64,000 bases of DNA, taken from assembly GCA_034521595.1 (NCBI GenBank), contig JAXHMG010000003.1:2720001-2784000 (forward strand), given 5' to 3'. The notes beneath the pieces were generated by a model. It was not told where the DNA came from. It did no database searches and worked only from the letters and a program-made list of their open reading frames with translations. Numbering within the stretch: the stretch's first letter is position 1; each line of letters starts with the position of its first letter. Positions 1 to 9,252 of the stretch are shown in pieces. The translations under genes were made by a program, and so were the position numbers. The stretch is from Gemmatimonadota bacterium. GTDB lineage: Bacteria > Gemmatimonadota > Gemmatimonadetes > Longimicrobiales > Gaopeijiaceae.

Positions 1-20
1 CCCAACACCAGGAGTTCCAT
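1..20 (-). CDS. 5' start of a gene running off the window edge (MELLVL...)
   Basis: ATG at 20 on the minus strand with GGAG upstream, just downstream of the gyrA stop; only about 6 codons visible. Confidence 0.4.
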
Positions 21-37
21 CGTCGGCTCCGTCCCGC

Positions 38-2662
38 TCAGCCGAGCAGGTCGAGTTGGTCTTCCGGGGCGACGTCCGTTTCGTCTTCCCCAGCGTCCTC
101 GTTCGCCGGAGCGGCCGGCTCGTCGGGTCCGTCTTCAGCGACCGATCCCTCCGACGTGTCGGGAACGGCCGCGGCCCCGGCCTCCGGATCCGCTCCGGAG
201 GGCCCCTCGGGGCCCTCTCCTTCCGCCTGCGCCCGGGTGACTTCGACGACCCGGTCGTCAGACTCGAGCTCCACGATCCTGCGCCCCTGCGTGCGACGCC
301 CCTGAACCGGAACGGCGTCGGCCTTGACCCGTGTGACCTGCCCGGTCGCCGTGATCAACATGACTTCGTCCTGGTCCACGACCTCGAGCCCGCTCACCAT
401 CGCCCCCGCATCTCCGGCAATGGCGAGGGTACCCAAGCCGCCCCGCTTCTGCAGGGGGAATTCCGACACCGGGGTCCGCTTGCCGAGTCCGTCCGCGCTG
501 ACCATGAGGACCGTCGCGTCCCTCCGGATGAAGAGCACGCCCACGACCTCGTCGTGCTCCCGGAGCCCCATCCCCTTCACGCCCCGAGCGGTTCGGCCGA
601 ACACGCTGACGTCCTCCTCGGGGAAGCGGATCGCCCGCCCTTCCTTCGAGAGCAGAATCAGCTCTCCGCTGCCGTCCGACAGCACCACGTCCAGAATCCG
701 GTCGTCCTCCTTGAGGCCCGCCGCCCGGATCCCGCCATTCCGGGGATTCGAAAACTCCGCGAGCTCCGTGCGCTTGATGAGCCCGTGCCTGGACAGAAAC
801 ACCAGGTACCGCCCTTCCTGCTCGAGATCACTCACGGGGATCATGGCGACCATACGGTCGCCGCGGTCCGCCCCCTCCAAGAGTGAGTAGACCGACTGCC
901 CTCGGGATGCCCGCGCCCCTTCCGGGACCTCCAGCACGGGGAGGAAGTGACATTGACCGGCCTCGGTGAACGCCAGGATCCAGCCCTGGGAGCGCGCCAC
1001 GAACACCCGCTCGAGGTAGTCGTCCTCGTACCGTTCCATCCCCGCCAACGGCTTCCCGGACGCCACACGCCGCTTGTACAGATGCATCGGGATCCTCTTG
1101 ATGAATCCCTGGTGCGACAGGGTCACGACTACGTCCTCGTCCGCCGTTTGGTCATCCAGCGCCGCGGGCGTGCCGGGCTCAGCGTCCGCCTCGTCGAGCA
1201 GGACCGTCCGTCGCTCGTCCCCGTACTTGTCGACGACCTCCTGGAGCTCGTCGAGCATCGCCTCGAGCTGGAGCTCTTCGGAGCCGAGGAGCGCGCGCAG
1301 GTATTCGATGCTGGCTTTCAGCTCCGCAAGGCGTTCTTCGAGTTGCGTGCGCGACAGAGCGGTGAGGCGGGCGAGCCGCATGTTGAGAATCGCGTCGGCC
1401 TGGATTTCGCTGAGCCCGAAGCGGCCCTGCAATCCCTCCGACGCCTCCTCGCGGTCGGCCGAGCCACGAATGATCTCGATGACCTCGTCGATGTGATCGA
1501 GCGCGGCGAGCAAGCCTTCGACCACGTGCCGCTCCGCCTCCGCCTTCTCCAGGTCGTGGCGGCTCCGGCGTTGGATGACGTCGAGCCGATGATCCCGGAA
1601 ACGCTCGAGCATCAGCTTGAGATCAAAGACCCGCGGCTGCCCGTCGTCGAGCGCGATCATGTGCGCGCCGAACGTCGTCTGCAGATACGTGGCGCGGTAC
1701 AGACGCTCGAGGACGACGCCGGCGTCGGTGCCCCGCTTGAGCTCGATGACGAGTCGGATTCCGTCCCGGTCGGTCTCGTCCCGCAAGCCGGAGATCTCGT
1801 CCGCCTTTCCCTTTTTCGCGAGGGCGGCGATCTGCTCGATGAGCTTCGTCTTGGAAACCGCGTACGGAATCTCGGTGACGACGAGCTGCTCCTTGCCGCC
1901 CCGGAGGGCTTCCTTCACGACCCGGGCGCGCATGACGATCCGCCCCCGCCCCTCGCGGTACATCGCCTCGATCCCGTCGCGCCCGACCACGAAGCCTCCG
2001 GTCGGAAAGTCGGGGCCCGGGAGGCATTGCATGAGGTCGTCCACGGTGCAGTCGGGATCAGCCGCGAGCTGCCGGACCCCCGCGGCGACCTCGGCCAGGT
2101 TGTGCGGGGGCACGTTGGTGCTCATCCCGACCGCGATGCCGGACGACCCGTTCACCAGGAGGTTCGGGAATCGCGCCGGGAGGACGACCGGCTCCTCGCG
2201 CTGGTCGTCGAAGTTCGGCTGGAAATCGACCGTCCCCTTCTCGATGTCCGAGAGCAACTCGGTCGCAACCGCTTCCAGGCGAGCTTCCGTGTAGCGGTAG
2301 GCCGCCGCCGAATCGCCGTCGATCGATCCGAAGTTGCCCTGACCGTCCACGAGGGGCATCCGCAGCGAAAAGTCCTGCACCATGCGGACGAGGGCATCGT
2401 AGACCGCCGTGTCTCCGTGCGGATGGTACTTACCCAGCACGTCTCCGACGACGGCCGCGCTCTTCTTGTAGGCACGGTCCGGGGACAAGCCCATCTCGTG
2501 CATGGCATACAAGATGCGCCGGTGCACGGGCTTGAGTCCGTCACGAACGTCGGGCAGGGCACGCTGAACGATGACGCTCATCGAGTAGTCGAGGAACGAC
2601 TCGCGCATCTCTTCTTCGATCAGGCGCGGGAGGATGCGTTCCCGCTGGGAAGCCGTGGCCAT
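38..2662 (-). CDS. gyrA: Type IIA topoisomerase subunit A (GyrA/ParC family)
   Basis: [22 protein letters not shown], catalytic [11 protein letters not shown], beta-pinwheel repeats, acidic tail; canonical GyrA-box missing, so it could be a ParC-like paralog. Confidence 0.9.
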   Translation of the reverse strand: MATASQRERILPRLIEEEMRESFLDYSMSVIVQRALPDVRDGLKPVHRRILYAMHEMGLSPDRAYKKSAAVVGDVLGKYHPHGDTAVYDALVRMVQDFSLRMPLVDGQGNFGSIDGDSAAAYRYTEARLEAVATELLSDIEKGTVDFQPNFDDQREEPVVLPARFPNLLVNGSSGIAVGMSTNVPPHNLAEVAAGVRQLAADPDCTVDDLMQCLPGPDFPTGGFVVGRDGIEAMYREGRGRIVMRARVVKEALRGGKEQLVVTEIPYAVSKTKLIEQIAALAKKGKADEISGLRDETDRDGIRLVIELKRGTDAGVVLERLYRATYLQTTFGAHMIALDDGQPRVFDLKLMLERFRDHRLDVIQRRSRHDLEKAEAERHVVEGLLAALDHIDEVIEIIRGSADREEASEGLQGRFGLSEIQADAILNMRLARLTALSRTQLEERLAELKASIEYLRALLGSEELQLEAMLDELQEVVDKYGDERRTVLLDEADAEPGTPAALDDQTADEDVVVTLSHQGFIKRIPMHLYKRRVASGKPLAGMERYEDDYLERVFVARSQGWILAFTEAGQCHFLPVLEVPEGARASRGQSVYSLLEGADRGDRMVAMIPVSDLEQEGRYLVFLSRHGLIKRTELAEFSNPRNGGIRAAGLKEDDRILDVVLSDGSGELILLSKEGRAIRFPEEDVSVFGRTARGVKGMGLREHDEVVGVLFIRRDATVLMVSADGLGKRTPVSEFPLQKRGGLGTLAIAGDAGAMVSGLEVVDQDEVMLITATGQVTRVKADAVPVQGRRTQGRRIVELESDDRVVEVTRAQAEGEGPEGPSGADPEAGAAAVPDTSEGSVAEDGPDEPAAPANEDAGEDETDVAPEDQLDLLG

Positions 2663-2849
2663 GCAAGCTCCGGTGGGTGTATCACGGATAACGGGTAGCG
2701 CGCGGGGCCAGCGAAAAAACCGGAGTGGGGTTCGAGGCCGCCGCGTTCCGGCCGCGGCCCAGCCGCGGCTCGAAGCTTCTCACCTCGCGATAGGGGCCGC
2801 AACCCGGCGTAGGGGCCACCTGCAGGGGCGTGCCGTCGTTGCAGGACGG

Positions 2850-3125
2850 TTAGCTCCGCTCCCCCTCCGAAGAGCCGTCGGCAGCGACACCCGAGATCAG
2901 GTCCTCGACCCGGCGCTTCAACTCGGCCGGGGCGCTCTCGCCTCGCCCGGCACGGATCAGGGCCTCACGAAACGAGCGCTCGAAACGCAGGTGTGGATAG
3001 CAGCGGGAGCACGCCTCGAAGTGGGCGCGCACCTGCTCGGCCGGCACCTCCGAGAGCTCGCCGTCGAGAAACTCCTGAACCATGGCCACCGCCTCGCGGC
3101 ACGAGATCGCATCATCACATGCCAT
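2850..3125 (-). CDS. Zinc-binding anti-sigma factor (zf-HC2/ZAS, RsrA-like)
   Basis: N-terminal Cys plus HxxxCxxC (HFEACSRC); immediately downstream of the ECF sigma. Confidence 0.9.
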   Translation of the reverse strand: MACDDAISCREAVAMVQEFLDGELSEVPAEQVRAHFEACSRCYPHLRFERSFREALIRAGRGESAPAELKRRVEDLISGVAADGSSEGERS

Positions 3126-3129
3126 CGTC

Positions 3130-3738
3130 TCAACCTCCCTCGGAGGACACAGAACCGGCGGGGACGTAGCCCCTCTCGATCGCGTATTCGTACAGTGCCG
3201 CTTGCAGGCGACGCCGCCCCCTGAACAGGCGGCTTTTCACCGTACCCACCGGCACGTCCAACAAGTCGGCGACCTCCTGGTACGTGAGTCCTTCGAGGTC
3301 CGAAAGCCGCACGGCCTCACGATGCTCCTCCGGGAGAGCGTCGATGGCGTCGAGGATCTTCCCGTCCACGATGGAGTCGAAGAACGCACCTTCCGGATCC
3401 ACGGTATCGACGGTGGCCCAGATCGGATTCACGGGATCGGGTAGGGTGTCGTCCCGCTCGCTGTGCTTCTCGACCAGCTCGTCGTGGCGTTGGGAACGCT
3501 CCCGGCCGCGCAAATACACGTTCCTGCAGATGGTGAACAGCCAGCTCTTCACGCGCGTCCCGCGTGTGTACTGCTCCCATGAGCGGTAGGCCCGCAGGAA
3601 GGTCTCCTGAACGAGATCGGCCGCGTGATCCGGACTTTCGGACAGCCGGAGCGCGAAACGGTACACGGCGTCCAGGTGGGGCAACGCCTCTTCGTTGAAC
3701 CCGCGCTTCGACTCACGTTCGGTCGAAACGTCAGTCAC
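3130..3738 (-). CDS. ECF RNA polymerase sigma factor (SigR/SigH-like)
   Basis: Region 2 DLVQETFLRAYR...WLFTICRN and region 4 YQEVADLLDVPVGTVKSRLFRGR. Confidence 0.93.
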   Translation of the reverse strand: MTDVSTERESKRGFNEEALPHLDAVYRFALRLSESPDHAADLVQETFLRAYRSWEQYTRGTRVKSWLFTICRNVYLRGRERSQRHDELVEKHSERDDTLPDPVNPIWATVDTVDPEGAFFDSIVDGKILDAIDALPEEHREAVRLSDLEGLTYQEVADLLDVPVGTVKSRLFRGRRRLQAALYEYAIERGYVPAGSVSSEGG

Positions 3739-4058
3739 CGATCCAGCCGCTCCAGGTCCTCGGCGAGGTCCTCGGCCATCGTCGGATGTCCGTGCCGCTC
3801 CGCGGCCGCGATTCCCTCACGATACGCCTCCTTGGCTTCGTCCACTGCTCCGAGCTCACTGAGCGCGGCGCCCAAACGGCCCCACGCGTTGCCCTCGTCG
3901 TCCGAAGCCGCGAGGTACGCACGAAGTTCCCGCACGCCGTCCCGGGTCCGTCCCTGATTCAGGTACTCGACAGCGAGCGCGAACCGGACGCGCGTGTCTT
4001 CCGGCCGCTGCTCGAGCATGTGCTCGAGCGACTCGACTCTCTTGGCGGGATCGGTCAC
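3735..4058 (-). CDS. Small TPR protein
   Basis: TPR pattern (RFALAVEY; AWGRLGAAL...EAKEAYREG); GTGA overlap with the sigma gene. Confidence 0.8.
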   Translation of the reverse strand: MTDPAKRVESLEHMLEQRPEDTRVRFALAVEYLNQGRTRDGVRELRAYLAASDDEGNAWGRLGAALSELGAVDEAKEAYREGIAAAERHGHPTMAEDLAEDLERLDR

Positions 4059-4068
4059 GCGGGAGCCG

Positions 4069-4491
4069 TCAATCGGGGAAGTGGATGTCGCGGGCCGACT
4101 CCGCCGTCGGCGAGGCGCCCGTCATCAGCTCGATGAGAGCGGTCATCTCGCTGGCCATCTCCGAGATTCGGTGCGACACCGTGAAGGCGTGTGCGAAGTC
4201 GAAGTAGGCGGCGACAGCCGATTCATCCGCCGCGTGTGTCGCGACCACGGCGCTCTCCATCTCCTGCCGGAGCCAGGCGACGATGGAGTCGACCGCTTCC
4301 TGCACTTCGTGCACCTCGGCCAAAGAGTCCAGGGACAGGTCGCCGTCCAACATGCCCACGAGCGCCTCGACGCGGGCGCGCTTCTCGGGCGGTGCGAGCA
4401 CCGATCCGTCCGCCGGCACGTCCTCACGGAGCAAGCCGGTGGCCCCGGACTTCAGAGCGGTGAGCTCTTCGTAGTTGAATTGGAGGATCAC
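4069..4491 (-). CDS. Hypothetical helical protein
   Basis: GGAGG then GTG at 4491 (MILQFNYEEL...); protein-like composition within the operon. Confidence 0.7.
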   Translation of the reverse strand: MILQFNYEELTALKSGATGLLREDVPADGSVLAPPEKRARVEALVGMLDGDLSLDSLAEVHEVQEAVDSIVAWLRQEMESAVVATHAADESAVAAYFDFAHAFTVSHRISEMASEMTALIELMTGASPTAESARDIHFPD

Positions 4492-4564
4492 GGCGCCTCC
4501 CTTCGCCCTCGACCGTCTCTGGCGAAGCTGTTGAAGAAGTGAGCCGAAGCGCACCCTATGATAC

Positions 4565-5377
4565 TCAACCAACCGCTTCGTTGTTTCGGCGAGAGTCTTC
4601 GACGAACCAATCCCCGATCACGAGCCCCCCGACGATATCCACCAGCGCATGCGCGACGATGACCGGCAGAAGGCTTCCCGCTCCCAGGAATCCACCAGCA
4701 AGGATCGCGCCCATCACGGCCGTCCGCACCATCCCCAGCCGCCCCTGGTAGGCGTGGAGCGCCCCGAACACCACCGATGTGAGCACGACGCTCCAAGGAA
4801 GGCCCACCGCTACCGCGAGCATCGGGATGGCGTACCCCCGGTAGGCGATCTCCTCGCCGAATCCGGCCACGAGGGACAGCAGCACGAACACCCGCTTTTC
4901 CTTACGGTTCCGTGGAAGAAGGCGCCCCAGAACGGCTGTTTCCGAGACACCGCGCCAGAGACCGACGAGGCGGAAGAGCAGCATCACGCCGACGCCCGTG
5001 GCACCGAGACCGAAGCTCCACAGCACGAAGTCGAAGAAGGGCATGCCGACGATCCCGATCGCCGCGATGCCTCCGTCTCGGGCCCCGACGAGCCAGGCGG
5101 TGGCCCCCAGGACCCACAGCGTCGCGATCGAGCTCCAGTAGGCGGAGAGCCGGTCGAACTCCATCCCCTCGAGCATGGACGCCTGAACGAGGGCGAAGCC
5201 CGGCATCACCACGAGCAACAGCACCAGGAGAATCGTGTCCAGAAGCGGGACACTCCCTCCGAGAAACAGGGCCAACCCCACGCCCCACGCCGCGGCCACC
5301 CCCGCCACGACCGATGCGCGGGCCGGCCCCGGAGCGACCGCCTGCTCGTCGCCGCTCGTGACCTGGGACGAGATCAC
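4565..5377 (-). CDS. CPBP (Abi/CAAX) family intramembrane metalloprotease
   Basis: Multiple TM helices; EExxYRG, FGALH and HxxxD motifs. Confidence 0.88.
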   Translation of the reverse strand: MISSQVTSGDEQAVAPGPARASVVAGVAAAWGVGLALFLGGSVPLLDTILLVLLLVVMPGFALVQASMLEGMEFDRLSAYWSSIATLWVLGATAWLVGARDGGIAAIGIVGMPFFDFVLWSFGLGATGVGVMLLFRLVGLWRGVSETAVLGRLLPRNRKEKRVFVLLSLVAGFGEEIAYRGYAIPMLAVAVGLPWSVVLTSVVFGALHAYQGRLGMVRTAVMGAILAGGFLGAGSLLPVIVAHALVDIVGGLVIGDWFVEDSRRNNEAVG

Positions 5378-6795
5378 GCGTACCGCTCCGTCGCTTCGAG
5401 CGTACGCCGCACGTCGTCCCAGCTCGTGGTGTGATTGAGGATGCAGAGTCGGAGCGCGTACGTCCCGCGAAGCCGGGTCGACGACATCATCGCGAGCCCC
5501 GAATTCACGATCTCCGTGCGGACCCTCTCGTTGAGGGCTTCCAACTCTTCGGCGTCAGCAGCTTCCGAGGGGCGCACGCGGAAGCAGACGATGCCGAGAG
5601 ACGCCGGCTGCAGGAGCTCCAGGACGGGTGAGTCGCGAATGAAGGCCTCGGCCCGCTCCGCCAGATCGAGCGTCCGGTCCACGGCGCGCCGGAACGCCCC
5701 GAGACCGAACGTCTGGATCGACATCCACACCTTGAGCGCACGGAAGGACCGGCTGAGCTGGAGGCCGCGGTCCCCGAAGTTCGGATTCTCGGTGCCCCAG
5801 TCGGCATCTTGCAGATACTCGGGCCGCACCGAGAAAGCCCGCTCCAGGCCACGAACGTCCCGCACCATGAGGCAACCCGCCTCGAAAGGCTGGTAGAGCC
5901 ACTTGTGCGCGTCCATCGCGATGGAGTCGGCGCGCTCGAGCCCGGCGAGCGCCGCCTTGCCCCGTTCCGTCAGGATCGCGAAGCCACCGTACGCGGCGTC
6001 CACGTGAAGCCAGATTCCGAGCTCGGCGCACAGGTCCGCGAGATCCCCGATAGGATCCACGGCCCCCGTGTTCGTCGTGCCCGCGTTGGCGCAGATCGCG
6101 ACCGGATTCTTCCCCTCCGCCCGGTCCTCCGCGACGGTCCGACGAAGCGCTTCCAGATCGATCCGATATCCGTCGTCGGAAGGGATCATGCGCACGTTCT
6201 CCGGACGCACCCCCACGATCCGGGCGGCACGAACCAGGGCCGTATGGCTCTGGTCGCTCATGTACACGGTCGCTCGCTCGGGGGCCCCGGCAGCTTCGCG
6301 GGCCGCCACGAGCGCGTCGAGACTGGCCGCCGAGCCCCCGCTCGTGAAGAGCCCGCCGGCCCCTTCCGGATACCCGATCCACTCACGGAACCAATCGACG
6401 ACCACCAGCTCCAGCGTGCTGGGACCGCTCGACCCCAGCCACGTACCCTGAAACACGTTGTGCCCGGCGCTCATGAAATCCGCGAGGACGCCCGGCCAGG
6501 TCCCGGACGAGGGCACGAACGCGAAGAAGCGCGGGTGGTCGACGCGGGCGGCGTACGGCAGGACGTCACGGAAGACCCGTTCCACGACCTCCTCGCACGA
6601 TGTGCCGGCCTCGGGTGCCGGTCCGGCGAGGCGGGGATCGAGGTCGCTCCTGCGGGCGCCCTTCCAGGCCGCCTCCTCGGGCAGATCGCGGAGCCGCTCG
6701 ACCGTCAGCCGGCTCACGAGCGAGGCGAGCTCGAGCATCCGGTCCGGGTCGAGCGAGAGCTCCGATTCGGGTGTGTCTTCCCTGGAGGGCGTCAT
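5374..6795 (-). CDS. Group II PLP-dependent (aromatic amino acid-type) decarboxylase
   Basis: [18 protein letters not shown] lysine in DAHKW. Confidence 0.9.
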   Translation of the reverse strand: MTPSREDTPESELSLDPDRMLELASLVSRLTVERLRDLPEEAAWKGARRSDLDPRLAGPAPEAGTSCEEVVERVFRDVLPYAARVDHPRFFAFVPSSGTWPGVLADFMSAGHNVFQGTWLGSSGPSTLELVVVDWFREWIGYPEGAGGLFTSGGSAASLDALVAAREAAGAPERATVYMSDQSHTALVRAARIVGVRPENVRMIPSDDGYRIDLEALRRTVAEDRAEGKNPVAICANAGTTNTGAVDPIGDLADLCAELGIWLHVDAAYGGFAILTERGKAALAGLERADSIAMDAHKWLYQPFEAGCLMVRDVRGLERAFSVRPEYLQDADWGTENPNFGDRGLQLSRSFRALKVWMSIQTFGLGAFRRAVDRTLDLAERAEAFIRDSPVLELLQPASLGIVCFRVRPSEAADAEELEALNERVRTEIVNSGLAMMSSTRLRGTYALRLCILNHTTSWDDVRRTLEATERYA

Positions 6796-6813
6796 CGGGG
6801 TAATCTTTCCTTC

Positions 6814-7131
6814 ATGTCTGCGACCACTAGCACCGCCAAAGGCGTCGTATTCCGCGTCCTCGACGCGATGAACGCACCGCATTCCGGCCGTATCCTACGA
6901 CTGAGGCTGCAGTCCGGGGAACCGCCCGCGGTCAAATCTCTCAAGGGCCGGGAGATGCTCGCCGTCGCACCGGACGACCGGCGCTGCCGGATTCGCATCA
7001 CCGGCTTCGCGAAATTCGGCGGAAAGCCGAGCGACGACCGGCTGGCGCGGTCGGGGCGCATCGACGTGCAAGTCGAGGAGCTCGACGACACGGGCCCCGT
7101 GGATCTTCGCTGGGAAGTGCGTCCGGCCTGA
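6814..7131 (+). CDS. Hypothetical small beta-rich protein
   Basis: ATG at 6814, 3' part of ORF 5809..7131, filling the gap between genes; protein-like sequence. Confidence 0.65.
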   Translation: MSATTSTAKGVVFRVLDAMNAPHSGRILRLRLQSGEPPAVKSLKGREMLAVAPDDRRCRIRITGFAKFGGKPSDDRLARSGRIDVQVEELDDTGPVDLRWEVRPA

Positions 7132-7159
7132 GCCCTCGACGGGCCGGTGGGAAGTGGGC

Positions 7160-7900
7160 TCACTGGGAGCGCAGTCCCGGCGGCTCCCGGCTGAAGGTGT
7201 CGAGGAACCACTCCCTGTACTCGTCCGCCCGGTCGGGATTGGCGCGGGCCCACTCCGCCCTGGACGAAGCGAACTCGTCCGGACGGGCGGTGAAGATGAA
7301 GGCATCCAGGTAACCGGCGTCCGACGCATAGGCCAGCTCGTCGAGGGGGCCGTACGGTGCCGTGTCGAACACGGTCCGTCCCAGGGTCCAGGCGTCGGCG
7401 CACCGCTCGAGGATGGCTCGCTCGAGCTCGTACCCGACCGCATCCGGAGCCTCCGGAAGCCACTCCTCCTGGCGGCCCATCGAGCTCATCAGGTGTAGAT
7501 GGCCGTAGATCTGGTGCACGAGCCGCGTGTCGGGGGCCCTCGCGTCCACCTGAACCCATACGGAGTCGTTCGAGACCCGGAGCCCCTCCCACACGTAGAC
7601 CTCTTCGGTGACCGGCTCGCCGATGACCCAGAAGCTCGGGTCTTCCACGATGTTCCGCTGCTCCCGCGTCACCCATTCGTTGACCTTTTTCATCTCTTCG
7701 TGATCGGCGTTGATCCGGACGCCCGAATGGATGACGATGGGTCTGGGCGCCGGAAGCTCGGGCGTGGCGACGCCGCAGCCACTCACCCCGGCGACTAGAG
7801 CCGAGACGACGAACAACCAGCGGGAACGCGACTGTACGGGCTCCCGCCTCCCCGAAGCCGTGCCGGCTCCGGAGCCGCTCCTGATCGATAGCCTTGACAC
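7160..7900 (-). CDS. Hypothetical lipoprotein
   Basis: Hydrophobic stretch then lipobox VSGC; start uncertain. Confidence 0.7.
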   Translation of the reverse strand: MSRLSIRSGSGAGTASGRREPVQSRSRWLFVVSALVAGVSGCGVATPELPAPRPIVIHSGVRINADHEEMKKVNEWVTREQRNIVEDPSFWVIGEPVTEEVYVWEGLRVSNDSVWVQVDARAPDTRLVHQIYGHLHLMSSMGRQEEWLPEAPDAVGYELERAILERCADAWTLGRTVFDTAPYGPLDELAYASDAGYLDAFIFTARPDEFASSRAEWARANPDRADEYREWFLDTFSREPPGLRSQ

Positions 7901-7926
7901 TTTGAGGTCCTTGGTCCGGAATTGGA

Positions 7927-8529
7927 GTGACTTCGAACCCTGCAACCCATGGACAACTGGACGTGCAGAGCACGCTGACGGACGATACCCACGCATTCCG
8001 CGCTCCTCGGACGATGACCCCGAACGAGCTCGGGGACAATCTCGCCCGCCTGGTCTGGGAGAGCTTTTCCGACTTCGTCTCACGAGAGGACGTCGAAACA
8101 CCCCTCCCGGATATCGATGCCCTGTATGACGACGATGGTAGCGCGCATCGCACAACCGAGGAAGCGCTGATCTTCTTCATGTGGGCCCACACACGGGGCG
8201 CGCAGCTGGCGTTCCTGGGGCGGGCGCCCGACGAGCTCATCCGCGAAGGGCTCGACGCGATGCACCGGGCGGTGTTCGAAGACATGACCGAGCACGGAAC
8301 CCCCGAAGCGCAGATTCCGCTCTTCGAGCAGCGGGTCAGCGCGCGGTACGCCGAATACCATCAGGCGGCCGCGGAGTCGGACGTCCGGCTGGGACAGGCG
8401 GCGTCGAGGCATCTGAGCGGAGCCGAGGAAGGCCCGGCCCTCTCGGAAGCGCTCCGAGAGCGCGCGGTGGCGGTCGCCAACCCGCTGCGGGATTTCCTCG
8501 AGGACGTGGAGTTGGTCAGGGAAGGTTAG
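7927..8529 (+). CDS. Hypothetical protein
   Basis: Long ORF with globular composition; start could be near 8014. Confidence 0.7.
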   Translation: MTSNPATHGQLDVQSTLTDDTHAFRAPRTMTPNELGDNLARLVWESFSDFVSREDVETPLPDIDALYDDDGSAHRTTEEALIFFMWAHTRGAQLAFLGRAPDELIREGLDAMHRAVFEDMTEHGTPEAQIPLFEQRVSARYAEYHQAAAESDVRLGQAASRHLSGAEEGPALSEALRERAVAVANPLRDFLEDVELVREG

Positions 8530-8565
8530 CGGGGTGTTGCGGAGTGCGCTGGGCCGAGGTTGCCA

Positions 8566-9252
8566 CTAGCGTCCAGGGTCGAACTCCAGACCGGCGAGGA
8601 AGGAGAATGCTCGGTTGTTGGCATTCCCGCGAGAGCCCACGGAAACGGATCTCAGCCCCCATTCACGCCGCGCCGATATCGTCACAGCCAGTGAGCCACC
8701 GAGGTCCAGCTTCGCTCCGGCACCCGCGACGACCCCTACGTCACCCCATCCGGGACGTATGGAGACTGTGTCACAGCCGACAGTATCGGGATCGTCTGGT
8801 TCCAAGAAGGGCACCACGTTGACCCTGCAGTCCAAACGTACGCCCACGTACGGGCCGACGTGAACGCGTGGCGTGAACCGACCGTAGGACGGCAGCTCAA
8901 ACTGAAGCAGTACGGGAGCTTCGAGGTATCGAATCCTGACCCGGTATCCAAAGTCTCCGCGCACGGGTTCGTGCGCTCCCTTTTCGGCATACACGCCCGC
9001 GACGAGCACGCTCAGCTCACCGGAGATCGGAAACCGAGTGTTCACCTCGAAGCGGATTCCGGTGAGAGGTTGGGTATCGTCACGTTCGTACTCAGAGCCA
9101 CGCCAGTTTGCGGATACAACACCGGCCGAGACCCCGACGGGTTGACCAATCTGGGCGCTCAGGCTCTCGGCAAGGGCACCGAAAAACAGGGTTACAACCG
9201 TACAGCCCACCAGCCTCCCGGCCCAGCCCTGACGACGACCGAGAGACATCAT
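8566..9252 (-). CDS. Outer-membrane beta-barrel protein (PorT/OMP_b-brl-like)
   Basis: Signal peptide ending LSA-Q, YLEAPVLL motif, amphipathic strands, terminal FLAGLEF. Confidence 0.8.
   Translation of the reverse strand: MMSLGRRQGWAGRLVGCTVVTLFFGALAESLSAQIGQPVGVSAGVVSANWRGSEYERDDTQPLTGIRFEVNTRFPISGELSVLVAGVYAEKGAHEPVRGDFGYRVRIRYLEAPVLLQFELPSYGRFTPRVHVGPYVGVRLDCRVNVVPFLEPDDPDTVGCDTVSIRPGWGDVGVVAGAGAKLDLGGSLAVTISARREWGLRSVSVGSRGNANNRAFSFLAGLEFDPGR

Noticed and set aside
947-2698. 583-aa plus-strand ORF, and similar long ORFs (18338..19825, 24757..26682, 35362..37248, 41903..43711, 52723..54699, 57742..59622)
   Set aside because: Antisense or alternate-frame shadows of well-supported genes, expected in high-GC DNA; no motifs
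4565-5377. 'Abi' protein as abortive infection gene
   Set aside because: CPBP/Abi family are membrane proteases; the name does not imply phage defence
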